From Malacoraja senta (lineage: Eukaryota), in the NCBI GenBank assembly GCA_038087875.1, contig CM075987.1, positions 6,138,001 through 6,202,000 on the forward strand: DNA of 64,000 nt, given 5' to 3'. Both the position numbers and the translations under genes were made by a program. Below the pieces are notes generated by a model that was given only the letters and a program-made list of their open reading frames with translations, ran no database searches and was not told where the DNA came from. Positions 63,438 through 64,000 of the stretch are shown here, one piece after another (the first letter of the stretch is position 1; the number at the start of each line of letters is the position of its first letter).

Positions 63438-64000
63438 TTAACGCTCCACCTCACGGTTAGAGAACACCATCCGCAAGCTTTTCAATATGGTGCTAACGTG
63501 TGTCTGCATTGTCCAAACTGCAGTTAGTCAGATAAAATGTTACGGCAAGGCCCATTTACTCTCATGGCAGAAAAAGATCATGAAGATTGGCAGAGCATGT
63601 TAAGACATTGTGCTTTGTGATATTTGCTTCTGTGCACATTTCCTGCCACGTTCACCGGCAAGACCAACAGAAATGAAACATTTTTTAAACATAAGTATTC
63701 AAATGCTAGTTTTTATTATATCAGAGCAAGACAATCGCCTGGAATTTCTATCCCTTAGCATATGTATTAGGAACCCAAATATTAACTTCAAGCAGGTGCT
63801 TTGCGCACTTCCTTAAATTAGCGGGTGAATCTTGCACACAGTCCAATAGAGGCTATTAATTGTGTATAGAGATATTAAATTATGTACCAATCAGTTTTGA
63901 TGCCTCTTGCACAAAATCGTCCTATATATATGCAGCCCACTTACAACCGGCCAAACCAGGCTATTGTTGGTGTTGAGGTAGCCTTCTACATTAAAGGAAC

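Overview
This is eukaryotic (vertebrate) genomic DNA, AT-rich and repeat-dense. The repeat repertoire (V-SINE/HE1-like SINEs, CR1, very abundant Penelope-type termini) suggests a cartilaginous fish such as a skate or ray; that assignment is inference. The window lies wholly inside the MAPKAP1 (SIN1, mTORC2 subunit) gene on the + strand. It holds three internal coding exons (3816-3928, 36307-36414, 59025-59165) separated by introns of about 32.4 kb and 22.6 kb. Nearly all ORFs in the supplied track are spurious or transposon remnants. The introns contain: a full-length decayed Tc1 transposon; a complete but decayed Gypsy LTR retrotransposon with a tRNA-Trp PBS and a 4-bp TSD; five PIF/Harbinger-type MITEs with TAA/TWA TSDs; CR1, Rex1/Babar, Hero-like and L1-like LINE fragments; and V-SINEs. 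They also hold about 25 copies of a Penelope 3' terminal repeat carrying a minimal hammerhead ribozyme motif (CUGAAGA-A-stem II-GAAACGUC). At least one copy has an intact core on the pre-mRNA strand (50117-50144). Also notable are an isolated ~158-nt hairpin (14375-14532), whose transition mismatches are mostly G-U compatible on the transcribed strand, and several candidate conserved non-coding enhancers. There is one assembly gap (11768-11979).
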